The notes under the pieces are model-generated. The model ran no database searches and had not been told where the DNA came from. It saw only the letters and a program-made list of their open reading frames with translations. Position numbers and translations under genes: made by a program. 64,000 bases of DNA from positions 547 to 64,546 of the forward strand of contig JBQTGV010000062.1 in the NCBI GenBank assembly GCA_052390515.1. Direction: 5' to 3'. Origin of the DNA: Candidatus Eiseniibacteriota bacterium (GTDB lineage Bacteria > ARS69). Shown here piece by piece: positions 20,422 through 30,163 of the stretch (positions within the stretch are counted from its first letter, which is position 1; every line of letters begins with the position of its first letter).

Positions 20422-21903
20422 TCAGCGCTTCTCCAGGGCGGTCCGCAGCGCTTCGCACACGCGCTGCAGCACCTCGACGCGCGCCCAGCGCTTATCGTTC
20501 GCGGCGACGAGGTGCCAGGGGCTCGAGCCGGCGCTCGTCCTGGCGACCATCTCGTTCACCGCGGTCACGTACGCGTCCCACTTCTCGCGGTTGCGGTAGT
20601 CCTCGTCGGTGATCTTGTACTTCTTGTACGGGGTCTTCTCTCGCTCGCGAAAGCGCCGGAGCTGCTCGTCCCGGTCGAGGTGCAACCAGAACTTGACGAC
20701 GGGGCAGCCGTGGCCGACGAGCTGGTCCTCGAAGTCGTTGATCTCGTCGTACGCGCGGCGCCACTCGTTTTGCCGCGCGAACCCCTCGACGCGCTCGACG
20801 AGTACGCGGCCGTACCAGCTCCGGTCGAAGATCACGATCCGTCCCGCGCGCGGCATCTGTCGCCAGAAGCGCCACAGCCAGGGGAAGGACCGCTCCTCCT
20901 CGCTCGGCGCGGCGACCGGGACGACGCGATACACCTTCGCGGGGATGGCGCGGGTGAGCCGCCGGATCGCGCCTCCCTTACCGGCCGCGTCCCAGCCTTC
21001 GAAAACGATGACGCTGGAAACGCCCTCGTCCCACGCGGTCCTGGTGAGCTCGGCGAAACGAGCCTGCAGGTCGGCGAGCCGCTCGCGGTACGCGTCGTAC
21101 GGAAGCGATGCGGACAGGTCCACGCGGTCCAGCGGCCCGCGCGCGCCGGCTATCGAGACCGAGCGGGAGGCGGCGGCGGGAACGGGCGCCGTCCCATCGG
21201 CCAGCCGATCCTTCAGCGCGGCGAGGATCGTCCGGGCGACGACGATGTCGCGGTGGCGGCTGTCGGTCGTCTCGACGATCTGCCACGGTGCGTAGGCGGT
21301 GTCCGTCCTGCGCACGAGCCGCTCCGAAGCCTCCATGACCTCCGGATAGGAGTCGAGGATGCGCCGGTCGGCCTCGTCCACGAGCCATGAGCGGGCCGCG
21401 TCCTTCCTCGCCAGCTTGAGCCGTTTCTTGAGCACCTTGCGCGGGACGTGCAGCCAGAACTTGAGCAGCAGGACGCCGTCGTCCGCGAGCGTCTGCTCGA
21501 AGCGCCTCACGCGCGCCACCCGGCGCTCGAAGCCCGCGTCGTCGCTTCGCCCTTCCAGCAGATCGACGATGGCGCCGAACCCGGGGCCGCCGAGATGGAT
21601 GCCGATCCGGCCGCGGGGCGGAAGCCCCAGCCAGTAGCGCCACAGCCGAGGCCGCTGGCGCTCCTCCTCGGTCGGGGCGGTGAAGACGTGGGTGACGAGG
21701 TGCCGGGCGTCCATCCACTCGTGTAGGAGGTCGACGACCTCGGTCCGGCCGAAGCGGTCGTCTCCGGAGATGATGATCAGGGCCGCGAAGCCGGCTCCGC
21801 GTAAGTCGTACTGGGCGTTCAGGAGGTCCACGCGGAGGGGGCCCTCGAGAGATTGGTACTCCTCCCGGGAGAGCGCGTTGCCGACCTCGGCGGCCTCGAA
21901 CAG
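20422..21903 (-). CDS. pap: Polyphosphate:AMP phosphotransferase (two-domain PPK2)
   Basis: Two PPK2 domains: FEGWDAAGKGG, IFDRSWY, KFWLH, DYRNREKW. N-terminus (L)FEAAEVG matches the typical MFESAE start; inferred CTG start at 21903 (ORF track starts at 21831). Confidence 0.9.
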   Translation of the reverse strand: MFEAAEVGNALSREEYQSLEGPLRVDLLNAQYDLRGAGFAALIIISGDDRFGRTEVVDLLHEWMDARHLVTHVFTAPTEEERQRPRLWRYWLGLPPRGRIGIHLGGPGFGAIVDLLEGRSDDAGFERRVARVRRFEQTLADDGVLLLKFWLHVPRKVLKKRLKLARKDAARSWLVDEADRRILDSYPEVMEASERLVRRTDTAYAPWQIVETTDSRHRDIVVARTILAALKDRLADGTAPVPAAASRSVSIAGARGPLDRVDLSASLPYDAYRERLADLQARFAELTRTAWDEGVSSVIVFEGWDAAGKGGAIRRLTRAIPAKVYRVVPVAAPSEEERSFPWLWRFWRQMPRAGRIVIFDRSWYGRVLVERVEGFARQNEWRRAYDEINDFEDQLVGHGCPVVKFWLHLDRDEQLRRFREREKTPYKKYKITDEDYRNREKWDAYVTAVNEMVARTSAGSSPWHLVAANDKRWARVEVLQRVCEALRTALEKR

Positions 21904-22039
21904 GGGACACCTCCACGAACGTCGAATCGTGAGGCATCATACGCGAACGGCCGGCCGGGATCCCGCGCGGGTTTGACGGACGCGCACGTATCTGGCGGCC
22001 CGGCTGCGTCGTCGGTGCTCGCACAGGAGGCGAGAGGTA

Positions 22040-23443
22040 TTGAACAGCGCCGGCACCGCCTCGACCAGGCGCAGGCTCCGCGCGCTGCCGCCGTGGTCGG
22101 TCACCGCCGCGATGGCAGGCGTGTCGGCCCTTCTGGTCGGGGCGATGGTGTACGCCCTCCGGACCGGGATACGCATGAGCGTGGAGCACGCGCCGCTGGT
22201 GGACGCGGCGATGGAGATTCGCCTGGGTGCCACCACGGCCCACCTCTGGTTCGAAGAGATCCTGAGCGGTGACCGCCACGAGAGCATGGACCAAGTGTGG
22301 GCGCACCTGGACGCGGCCGACTGGTACGCCGGAGCGATGCTGGAGGGCGGGACGAACGCGGAAGGCACCTACGTCCCCCTGCGGGACCCCGAGCTCCGGC
22401 TGCGGATCGAGCAGGTCCGCGCCCGGCTCGCCGACTTCCGCCACATCACCTCGGAGAGGTGGATGGCCCGGGGCGAGTCCGGAGCGGGGACGAGCATCGA
22501 CCAGCGCTACGATGCGGTCTTCGAGAGCTTCGTGATCCTGGCCGACAGCGTGGAGACGGGGATCCAGGCGAACGTCGCCCGGGACGTGCAGGCCTTCCGC
22601 AGGACGCAGCTCGCGCTCATCGCCGGCTCCATTCTGCTGTCGGTGCTCGCCGGCGCGGTGATCGCGCGGTATCTGGCAGAGCGCGATCGCGCGGAGCGCG
22701 AGGCGGCGGAGCTGCGAGAGCGGCTCACGCACCTGGCGCGCGTCGGCACGGTCGGGGAGATGGCCACGGGGATCGCCCACGAGATCAACCAGCCGCTGAC
22801 CGCGATCGCGACGCTGGCGCAAGCCTGCCGGCGCATGGCGGACTCCGGGGCGATGCGTCCCGGCGAACTGGGCAACGCGCTGGAGAGCATCAGCGCGCAG
22901 GCTCTGCGCGCGGGTGACGTGATTCGTCATCTCCGCTCTCTCGTCCGCCAGCGCGCGTCGGAACGGAGCGAGGTGGACATCAACGAGCTCGTGCGCGAGG
23001 TGTGCAGACTCGCCGCGGTGGACACGCGGATGCATCGGGTCGGCGTCCGGCTGGACCTCGCCCCGGGTCTGCCGCACGCGCTCGCGGATCCCGTCCAGAT
23101 CCAGCAGGTGGTCCTGAACCTGATCCGCAACGCGGTGGAGGCCATGGACGGGGTCCCCGGCGCGCGCGACACCATCGAGGTCCGCACCGGCCTCCGCGGC
23201 CGCGACCACATCGAGGTGGGCGTGTCGGACTCCGGTCCCGGCCTCTCCGGAGAGGCGGCGGAGAGAGTGTTCGATCCGTTCTTCACGACGAAGAGTACCG
23301 GACTCGGCATGGGGCTGTCGATCAGCCGCTCCATCGTCGCATCGCACGGTGGGGATCTCTGGTACACGCCGAACGCTGATCGAGGCATCACCATGCGGTT
23401 CTCCCTGCCCCTGGGTGGCGGGAGTGGAGGAAAGGCGCGATGA
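22040..23443 (+). CDS. Membrane sensor histidine kinase (FixL/TtrS-like transmitter)
   Basis: Two TMs around a helical periplasmic domain; GIAHEINQPL, QVVLNLIRNAVEA, DSGPG, FFTTK, GLGMGL; start uncertain. Confidence 0.9.
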   Translation: MNSAGTASTRRRLRALPPWSVTAAMAGVSALLVGAMVYALRTGIRMSVEHAPLVDAAMEIRLGATTAHLWFEEILSGDRHESMDQVWAHLDAADWYAGAMLEGGTNAEGTYVPLRDPELRLRIEQVRARLADFRHITSERWMARGESGAGTSIDQRYDAVFESFVILADSVETGIQANVARDVQAFRRTQLALIAGSILLSVLAGAVIARYLAERDRAEREAAELRERLTHLARVGTVGEMATGIAHEINQPLTAIATLAQACRRMADSGAMRPGELGNALESISAQALRAGDVIRHLRSLVRQRASERSEVDINELVREVCRLAAVDTRMHRVGVRLDLAPGLPHALADPVQIQQVVLNLIRNAVEAMDGVPGARDTIEVRTGLRGRDHIEVGVSDSGPGLSGEAAERVFDPFFTTKSTGLGMGLSISRSIVASHGGDLWYTPNADRGITMRFSLPLGGGSGGKAR

Positions 23444-24051
23444 CAGAGCCGAACGTGACCGTGTTCGTCGTCGACGACGATGCCGCCGTCCGCGACGCCG
23501 TGTGCCTGCTGCTGAAGTCCGTGTCGCTTCGCGCGGAGGCGTTCCCCTCCGCGGCTGCCTTCCTGGATGCGCTGGACCCGGAGCAGCCCGGGTGCCTGAT
23601 CCTCGACGTTCGCATGGCGGGCATGAACGGCTTCGAGCTGCACCGGGAGTTGATCGCGCGGCGTTCCATCCTGCCGGTCATCTTCATGACGGGGCACGGC
23701 GACATCGCCATGGCCGTGCAGGCGATGCAGGACGGGGCCGTCGACTTCGTGGAGAAGCCCTTCCGGGACCAGGACCTGCTCGACCGGGTGCGCAAGGCCC
23801 TGGACCTCGACGCCACGAGCCGCGCCGACCTGCTTCGCGTGGAGGAGATTCGCCGGCGGATGTCGGACCTCACGCCGCGCGAACGGGAGATCCTGGGACA
23901 CGTCGTCGCCGGGAGTCCGAACAAGGCGATCGCCTACGACCTTTCCATCAGCGAACGCACCGTGGAGGTCCACCGAGCGCGGGTGATGGAGAAGATGAAG
24001 GCGGCGTCGCTCGCGCACCTGGTCCGCATGGTGCTCGAGACCGAAGACTGA
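23440..24051 (+). CDS. FixJ-family response regulator (REC + LuxR HTH)
   Basis: VVDDD, ILDVRM, TGHGD, EKPF, LTPREREIL...NKAIA...SERTVEVHRARVMEK. Confidence 0.95.
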   Translation: MTEPNVTVFVVDDDAAVRDAVCLLLKSVSLRAEAFPSAAAFLDALDPEQPGCLILDVRMAGMNGFELHRELIARRSILPVIFMTGHGDIAMAVQAMQDGAVDFVEKPFRDQDLLDRVRKALDLDATSRADLLRVEEIRRRMSDLTPREREILGHVVAGSPNKAIAYDLSISERTVEVHRARVMEKMKAASLAHLVRMVLETED

Positions 24052-24081
24052 TCGCCCGAGCAGCCCGCTCCGCACCCGTCC

Positions 24082-24097
24082 TACGGGAAGTCCCCGA
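24082..24097. promoter_or_regulatory. Putative regulator operator, copy 1 (TACGGGAAGTCCCCGA)
   Basis: Near-palindromic 16-mer repeated at 24584 with 1 mismatch; lies upstream of the REC-only gene. Confidence 0.45.
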
Positions 24098-24191
24098 TCG
24101 TTCGTCATCGCGCCACCCGATACCTTCGAAGCGTCCCGCTGCGGATCCGCCGGGAGGGTCGGCGACGAGTCCGCACGTGCGGAGTCGGTGC

Positions 24192-24611
24192 ATGTCGGGA
24201 AGTCCGCCTGGCCTCTCTCCGGGAACCGGGAGCCCGATCGTGGATGTCGTCGAGCACGACCGTGCCGTGAGGAGCGGCCTTTGCGAGCTGCTCCGCAGCA
24301 ACGGATTCTCGGTACGCCCGTTCGAGAACGGAAGGGAGTTCCTGGCGGCGCCCGCATGTCCGGACGCCGGCTGCGTCCTCCTGGATCTCGACCTCCCGGA
24401 CGTGCCCGCCCTCGAGCTGGTGAGTCGGCTCCGCGGAGGACGTCCCGTGGTCGTGCTCGCCGCCCATGCGAACGTAGCGACGGCGGTCGAGGTGATGCAC
24501 GCCGGCGCTTACTGGCTCCTGGAGAAACCGTTCGCGGCGGAGGTGCTCCTCGAGCGCGTGCGACGCGCGTCCCACTGCGGGCGTACGGGAAGTTCCCGAA
24601 TGGGCGACTGA
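24192..24611 (+). CDS. Single-domain response regulator (REC only)
   Basis: VDVVEHD, VLLDLDLPD, LEKPF; no output domain. Confidence 0.8.
   Translation: MSGSPPGLSPGTGSPIVDVVEHDRAVRSGLCELLRSNGFSVRPFENGREFLAAPACPDAGCVLLDLDLPDVPALELVSRLRGGRPVVVLAAHANVATAVEVMHAGAYWLLEKPFAAEVLLERVRRASHCGRTGSSRMGD
24584..24599. promoter_or_regulatory. Putative regulator operator, copy 2 (TACGGGAAGTTCCCGA)
   Basis: Repeat of the 24082 box; about 140 bp upstream of the secreted SGNH-like gene. Confidence 0.45.
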
Positions 24612-24735
24612 GGGGCTATTTCGTAGATCCGGAGCAGGGCTCCGTAGAGAGCCATCCATCCACTTGCCCCGGGAGGCAGTCGTGTTCCACATCTCGCAAG
24701 TTCTCGCGCGGAGACCCGCCGTCGGTCGAACGAAC

Positions 24736-26010
24736 GTGTTTCGCAGATGCTTCGCCGCGATCCTCGTCGCGTTGAGCCCGTCCCTGGCTGTGGCGGACGG
24801 CGCGCTGTGCGCCAGGACGTCCGTGGGTTTCGTGCCGCTGAGCGAATCCCGACCGTTCCTTCATCAGGGCGTGCCTGGCGGCCTCTACCCGAATGGGTCC
24901 GCGGTGCGTCCGGCGGCGCATGACGCGGCGGGTGCGTTTCTCGCGTCCCGCGTGGTCCCGCGCGACGCATCGGGCCTCCCCGATCCCGTGAACGGACGGA
25001 TCGGAGTCCTGACCATCGGTCTGTCCAACACCGCGCGGGAGACGAACGCACTCATTCTCCTGCAGGCGTCCGATCCGCAGCGCAATCCCGCGGTCATCAT
25101 CGTGAACGGCGCCGAGGCCGGAGCCGTGGCCGAAGTGATCCGGGATCCGGCCGACCCCTACTGGGGACGCGTCGCAGCCAAGGTTGCGGCCGCGGGGCTC
25201 ACGCCGGCCCAAGTCCAGGTCGTGTGGTACAAGACCGCGACGAAGAATCCCACGGCACGGTTCCCGCAGCACGCCCAGACGCTGCAGGCGAACAACACCG
25301 CGGCCGTGCAGATCCTGCCGGTCGCGTTCCCCAACGTCGTGCAGTGCTTCGTCTCCAGCCGCATCTACGCCGGCTACGCCAGCACGACGCTGAACCCCGA
25401 GCCGTGGGCCTACGAGAGCGGTTTCGCGTACAAGTGGATGATCGAGAGCCAGATCGCCGGAGCCCCCGAGCTGAACTACGACCCGCGCAGGGGAGCGGTG
25501 CGCGCGCCCTGGCTCGCGTGGGGTCCGTACCTGTGGGCGGACGGAACGAAAGCGCGCAGCGACGGCTTGACCTGGACGTGCGCCGACTTCATGAACGACG
25601 GCACGCATCCGTCGCCGGCCGGCATGGACAAGGTGGCGCACCTGCTGCACGAGTTCTTCCGCAACGACCCGGTCACGTCATCGTGGTACCTGTCCGCGCA
25701 GCCCACGGGCGTCGAAAGCCTGCCCGCACGGCTCTCCTGGACCGTGCAGCCGGCCTACCCGAACCCGTTCGTGTTCCGCATGGCCATTCCGCTCCAGGTC
25801 ACGTCCGCGGAGCGGATCCGCGCCGCCGTCTACTCGCTCGACGGCCGGCGCGTCCGGGGGCTGTACGACGCGCGGCTGGAGGCCGGCGCCCACGATCTCG
25901 CGTGGGACGGCACCGACGACTCCGGCCGGCGCGTCGTTGCGGGCACTTACCTGGTCCGCGTCGAGGGCGAGTCGGGCGTTCGCACCGTCAAGGCGACGCT
26001 GCTCCGCTGA
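24736..26010 (+). CDS. Secreted SGNH-hydrolase-like protein with C-terminal FlgD-Ig domain
   Basis: Signal peptide (…SPSLAVA); IGLSN and DGTHPS motifs; C-terminal YPNPF...GRRVR...WDGTDDSGRRVVAGTYLVR. Confidence 0.75.
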   Translation: MFRRCFAAILVALSPSLAVADGALCARTSVGFVPLSESRPFLHQGVPGGLYPNGSAVRPAAHDAAGAFLASRVVPRDASGLPDPVNGRIGVLTIGLSNTARETNALILLQASDPQRNPAVIIVNGAEAGAVAEVIRDPADPYWGRVAAKVAAAGLTPAQVQVVWYKTATKNPTARFPQHAQTLQANNTAAVQILPVAFPNVVQCFVSSRIYAGYASTTLNPEPWAYESGFAYKWMIESQIAGAPELNYDPRRGAVRAPWLAWGPYLWADGTKARSDGLTWTCADFMNDGTHPSPAGMDKVAHLLHEFFRNDPVTSSWYLSAQPTGVESLPARLSWTVQPAYPNPFVFRMAIPLQVTSAERIRAAVYSLDGRRVRGLYDARLEAGAHDLAWDGTDDSGRRVVAGTYLVRVEGESGVRTVKATLLR

Positions 26011-26048
26011 GGTCGATCGCCGATCGGATCGCGGCGTGGAGCCCCGGT

Positions 26049-26711
26049 TCAGGGGAAGTCCGGCATCTCCTCGGAATGAGCCCGCGAGATCGTGGGCTCC
26101 TCGCCCGGCTCGATGGCCTCCATCAGGCTGACGATGACGCGACGGCTCGCCGGGTGATCCTCCGCGCCGCCGGCCTCCAGCGGATCCGACTCGCCGAGTC
26201 CGACGATGGCGAAGCGCCCGAGCGGAACCTCGCTCTGCTCCAGCAGGTAGCGGAGCACGTTCGTGGCTCGTCTCCGGCTCAGCTCGTCGTTGTACGAGGC
26301 GTCCCCGATCGTGCAGGTGTAGCCGTAGAGATCCACGAGGAACTTCCGCTCGCTGCGGATCGTGGCCGAGGCTTGGTCCAGCGTCATGCGCGCGTCGCTG
26401 GTCAGCTCGGCGCTGTCGAAGTCGAAGTTCACGGTGTAGCGGTCCGCCTCGCGGAAGTCCAGGTCGCCGAGCGCGAGCTCGCGAGCCCGCTGCGAGTCCC
26501 GGGAGACGACCTCCACGCGGGCCGCGGCGTCGGAGAGATCGGTACGCAGCATCGTGTGCTCGCCGGCCATCTTCGTGTCGAGCTCCCCGACGCGCTCGCG
26601 GACGTAGCTCTTGGTCGCGCATCCCGTCGTGGCGGTGAGGGCGAGGGCGATCCCGAGGGCGAGTCCGGCCGCGGCTCGGCGGTCACCCTTCCTTGCGGTG
26701 TCGAAATTCAT
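26049..26711 (-). CDS. OmpA-family peptidoglycan-binding lipoprotein
   Basis: Lipobox TTGC; coiled region; VNFDFDSAEL, YNDELSRRRA, GLGESDP, SRRV. Confidence 0.9.
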   Translation of the reverse strand: MNFDTARKGDRRAAAGLALGIALALTATTGCATKSYVRERVGELDTKMAGEHTMLRTDLSDAAARVEVVSRDSQRARELALGDLDFREADRYTVNFDFDSAELTSDARMTLDQASATIRSERKFLVDLYGYTCTIGDASYNDELSRRRATNVLRYLLEQSEVPLGRFAIVGLGESDPLEAGGAEDHPASRRVIVSLMEAIEPGEEPTISRAHSEEMPDFP

Positions 26712-26766
26712 GAGGAAGCCTCCTATGCGCGCCGGCCGGCTGGCCGGCGCATTCGCCGTCTCACCA

Positions 26767-26781
26767 ACAAGCTTCGTGCCA
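26767..26781 (-). promoter_or_regulatory. Putative sigma-54 (-24/-12) promoter for the OmpA gene
   Basis: TGGCAC-GAAGC-TTGT on the minus strand, about 55 bp upstream of the start; adjacent to a sigma-54 activator. Confidence 0.6.
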
Positions 26782-26939
26782 CGGGTGAGGGACGCCCTGT
26801 CAAAGCCTCCAGTCGGCTCATTTCCAGCGACTTACGTCCCCGCGGCCGGTCGCCGCGGCCTGTCCGCCACCCCGGGCAGGTGCTTTCGAAACTCCCGTGC
26901 GTTACCTTCTTGCCGCCCTCCCCCTGGGAGACCACCGGA

Positions 26940-28358
26940 GTGAACCGACCGCAGCAGCCGTCCGGCGACCATGTTCCCGGCAGGATCCTCGTCGTCGACG
27001 ACGAGGAGACCATCCGCCAGGGGCTCTCCCGCGTCCTGGTCGGCGAAGGCTACGCGGTCGACACCGCCGCGGACGCCGAGAGTGCGCTTCGCCTGGCCCT
27101 CGCCTCGCCCCCGGACCTGGTCATCTCCGACCTGCACCTACCCGGGAAGAACGGCCTGGAGCTGATCGCCGAGCTGCAGGAGCGCGGGGACGAGGCCACC
27201 TTCGTCGTGCTGACCGGCCACGGCTCCATCGACAGCGCCATCGAAGCGACGCGCCGCGGCGTCTACGACTACCTGGTCAAGCCGATCGATCGGCCGCGGC
27301 TGACCACGGTCGTTCGCAAGGGGCTGGAACGGGCCGCCCTTCGCCGCGAGGTGCGGCACCTCCGCCGTGAGATGATCAGCGCCGGGCGCTTCCAGGAGCT
27401 GGTGGGCTGCTCGCCGCAGATGATGGAGATCTACCGGTTGCTGGAACAGATCGCCCCGTCCTCCGCCTCCGTGCTGATCACCGGCGAGAGCGGCACGGGC
27501 AAGGAGCTGGTCGCGCGCACGATCCACCGTCTCAGCCCGCGGGCCGCAGCGCGCCTGGTGGCCATCAACTGCGCGGCGATCCCGGAGAACCTCCTGGAGA
27601 GCGAGATCTTCGGCCACGAGAAGGGGGCGTTCACCGGGGCGACCGCCACGCGTCCGGGGTGCTTCGAGCTGGCGCACCAGGGGTCGCTGCTGCTCGACGA
27701 GATCGGGGAGATGCCGCCCGATCTTCAAACGAAGCTCCTGCGGGTGCTGGAGGACGGCATGGTGCGGCGAGTCGGCGGGGCGAGCGAGGTACGCGTCGAC
27801 GTGCGAGTCCTCGCTGCGACGAACATCCCGGTGGAGAAGCTCACCCGGGAGCGCGGCTTTCGCGAGGACCTGTATTACCGTCTCAACGTCTTCGCCATCC
27901 GCATCCCACCGCTGCGCGAACGGCGCGAGGACGTGTCGCTGCTGGCCGAGCACTTCCTCTCCGTGTTCGCCGGGGAGAACACGAAACAGGTCGCGGGGTT
28001 CTCCGACGAAGCCATGGAGCGGCTCCTTCGACACGACTGGCCGGGGAACGCCCGCGAGTTGCGCAACGCCGTGCAGCGGGCGGTGATCCTCTGCTCCGAC
28101 GGCGAGATCCTCCCGCGCCATCTCCCCGACACGGTGCGCGGGCGGGTTCGTGCGGTCCCGGGTGCGGCCGAGGACGGCGCCGTGAGCATCCCGGTCGGCA
28201 CGTCGATCGAGGAGGCGGAGAAGGCCCTCATCCTGGAGACCCTCGCCGCGAACGGCGGCAACAAGACCCGCACCGCCGAGGTCCTGGGCGTCAGCGCGAA
28301 GACGCTGTACTCCAAGCTGCGCCGCTACGAGGGTGGCGAGGTCGGCGCGGCGGAATGA
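26940..28358 (+). CDS. Sigma-54-dependent NtrC/ZraR-family response regulator
   Basis: REC (VVDDE, ISDL), GESGTGKE, GAFTGA, LLDEIGE, WPGNAREL, Fis HTH (GGNKTRTAEVLG). Confidence 0.96.
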   Translation: MNRPQQPSGDHVPGRILVVDDEETIRQGLSRVLVGEGYAVDTAADAESALRLALASPPDLVISDLHLPGKNGLELIAELQERGDEATFVVLTGHGSIDSAIEATRRGVYDYLVKPIDRPRLTTVVRKGLERAALRREVRHLRREMISAGRFQELVGCSPQMMEIYRLLEQIAPSSASVLITGESGTGKELVARTIHRLSPRAAARLVAINCAAIPENLLESEIFGHEKGAFTGATATRPGCFELAHQGSLLLDEIGEMPPDLQTKLLRVLEDGMVRRVGGASEVRVDVRVLAATNIPVEKLTRERGFREDLYYRLNVFAIRIPPLRERREDVSLLAEHFLSVFAGENTKQVAGFSDEAMERLLRHDWPGNARELRNAVQRAVILCSDGEILPRHLPDTVRGRVRAVPGAAEDGAVSIPVGTSIEEAEKALILETLAANGGNKTRTAEVLGVSAKTLYSKLRRYEGGEVGAAE

Positions 28359-30163
28359 GCGCTCGCGGAGGCCGGCGCCAGATCTTCGCGCTCCTGCTCC
28401 TTGCGCCGCTGGTGGTCGCGTCGTCCACGTTGCTCGAGCTGGCCAAGGTGGCGAGGCTTGCGACGGAGCGGGCTGCGGTGGAGTGCGACCTGATCACCGA
28501 CTCCGTCCGCCGCCAGCTCGATCTGCTCGCGCGCGAGCATCCCGGCGTGGAGCTGGACACGCTCGCGCGGGACCCGCGCCTGCAGCTCGTGCTCGGCGAC
28601 GCCGTCGTGCACGCAGCGTCCATCCTGCACCTCGCAGTGTGCGACCCCGATGGGATCGTGGTGGCGCACAGCATGTCCTCGCGGGTCGGGGAGCCCGTGG
28701 CGCGCGGCCTGCCTTTGCCCGTCGCCGAGAATCTGCCGGAGTCATTCCGCGCGCTCTGGGAGCTGCGCCGGAGCGAACAGGTGTACGAGCGGTTCACGCC
28801 GCTGACGACGGACGGCAACCCCTTCGCCTCCATCCAGGTGCTGGTCAGCGGCGCGTTCCTGCGCGACGGGATCCGCCAGGCGTTCTGGACCGGCGTGGCC
28901 GTGTCGCTGGTGGTGCTCACCGTGGCGATCGGCGCCGGCGCGCTGGTGACCCGCATCGCGCTCGGCCGGCTGCGCGTGCTGGAAGAGGGAGTCGCCGCGC
29001 TGCGCGAGGGCCGCTTCGAAGCGGCGATTCCGGAGACGGGCGCCGACGAGTTCGGCCGGATCGCGCGCGAGCTGAAGCTGCTCGGGGAGCAGTTCCAGCG
29101 GGAGCGCCGCGAGAGCGGGGCCGGCCGCACGCTGTGGCGCGCCGCCGACCTGCTGGGCGACGGGATCGTCGCCGTCGGTGCGACCGACGAGGTGATCCTG
29201 GTGAATGCGCCGGCGTGCGGCGTGCTCGGCCTGGACGGCAGCGGAGCGGTCGGGAAGCGGCTCACCGATCTCCTGCCCGCCGGCCATCCGGTGCAGGTGC
29301 TCTGCAGGCAGCTCCGTGCGGGGAGCGAGCGCAGCCTCTCCATCCCGCTCGGCGAGGACGGCGGGAAGGACGGGTCCCTGGCCGTCGGCCACCGCATCGA
29401 GGACGCGGACGGGTCGGACCCGGGGATCCTGATCGAGCTGAAGCCCGCGCGGGACCAGGCCGTGCTGCACAGCCTGGTCGACCAGTCGCGGGTGCTGACC
29501 CGGCTCGGCGAGATGGCCACCGGCGTAGCTCACGAGCTTCGGGATCCGCTGCAGACCCTCTCGCTCGATCTGGACGCGGTCGCCGGGGCAGCCGCCCGGG
29601 AGCCCGAGCTCGAGCCGTACGTGCGCAGCGCACGGCAGAAGGTGGCGCGGCTGGACCGGGCGATCCGCGGGTTCCTGACCATCGCGAGGATGCGGCCACC
29701 GGCCTTCGACGCGACGGACGTAAACGCGCTGTTGACGCAGCTGCGAGAGGAGATGGAGCCTGACGCAAACCTCGCCGGGCTCCAGCTCGACCTGGACCTC
29801 GGCCCGGGGGAAACCCTCATCGATGGGGACGCGCTGGCTCTCCGGCAGGCGGTCCAGAACGTGGTTCGCAACTCCATCTTGGCGTTGCCCTCGCGGCACG
29901 GCAGAATCGTATTGCGGTCCCGTCGAGACCGGGACAGGATCTCCGTCTCGGTGTCCGACAGCGGCCCCGGAATCCCCCCTGAGGCGCTGGACAAGGTGTT
30001 CGATCTCTTCTACACGACGCGGGAGGAGGGTACCGGTGTCGGCCTCGCGCTCGTACGCCAGGCGGTCGAGATGCACGGAGGCGACGTGGTCATCCGTTCC
30101 GAGCCCGGATCGGGGACGGTGGTGACGCTGAACCTTCCGCACGGATCGGCGAACGGGCGATGA
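28355..30163 (+). CDS. Sensor histidine kinase (TM-HAMP-PAS-HisKA-HATPase)
   Basis: HAMP (DEFGRIA), PAS-like LVNAPACGVLG, GVAHELRDPL, DSGPG, FYTT, GTGVGL. Confidence 0.92.
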   Translation: MSARGGRRQIFALLLLAPLVVASSTLLELAKVARLATERAAVECDLITDSVRRQLDLLAREHPGVELDTLARDPRLQLVLGDAVVHAASILHLAVCDPDGIVVAHSMSSRVGEPVARGLPLPVAENLPESFRALWELRRSEQVYERFTPLTTDGNPFASIQVLVSGAFLRDGIRQAFWTGVAVSLVVLTVAIGAGALVTRIALGRLRVLEEGVAALREGRFEAAIPETGADEFGRIARELKLLGEQFQRERRESGAGRTLWRAADLLGDGIVAVGATDEVILVNAPACGVLGLDGSGAVGKRLTDLLPAGHPVQVLCRQLRAGSERSLSIPLGEDGGKDGSLAVGHRIEDADGSDPGILIELKPARDQAVLHSLVDQSRVLTRLGEMATGVAHELRDPLQTLSLDLDAVAGAAAREPELEPYVRSARQKVARLDRAIRGFLTIARMRPPAFDATDVNALLTQLREEMEPDANLAGLQLDLDLGPGETLIDGDALALRQAVQNVVRNSILALPSRHGRIVLRSRRDRDRISVSVSDSGPGIPPEALDKVFDLFYTTREEGTGVGLALVRQAVEMHGGDVVIRSEPGSGTVVTLNLPHGSANGR

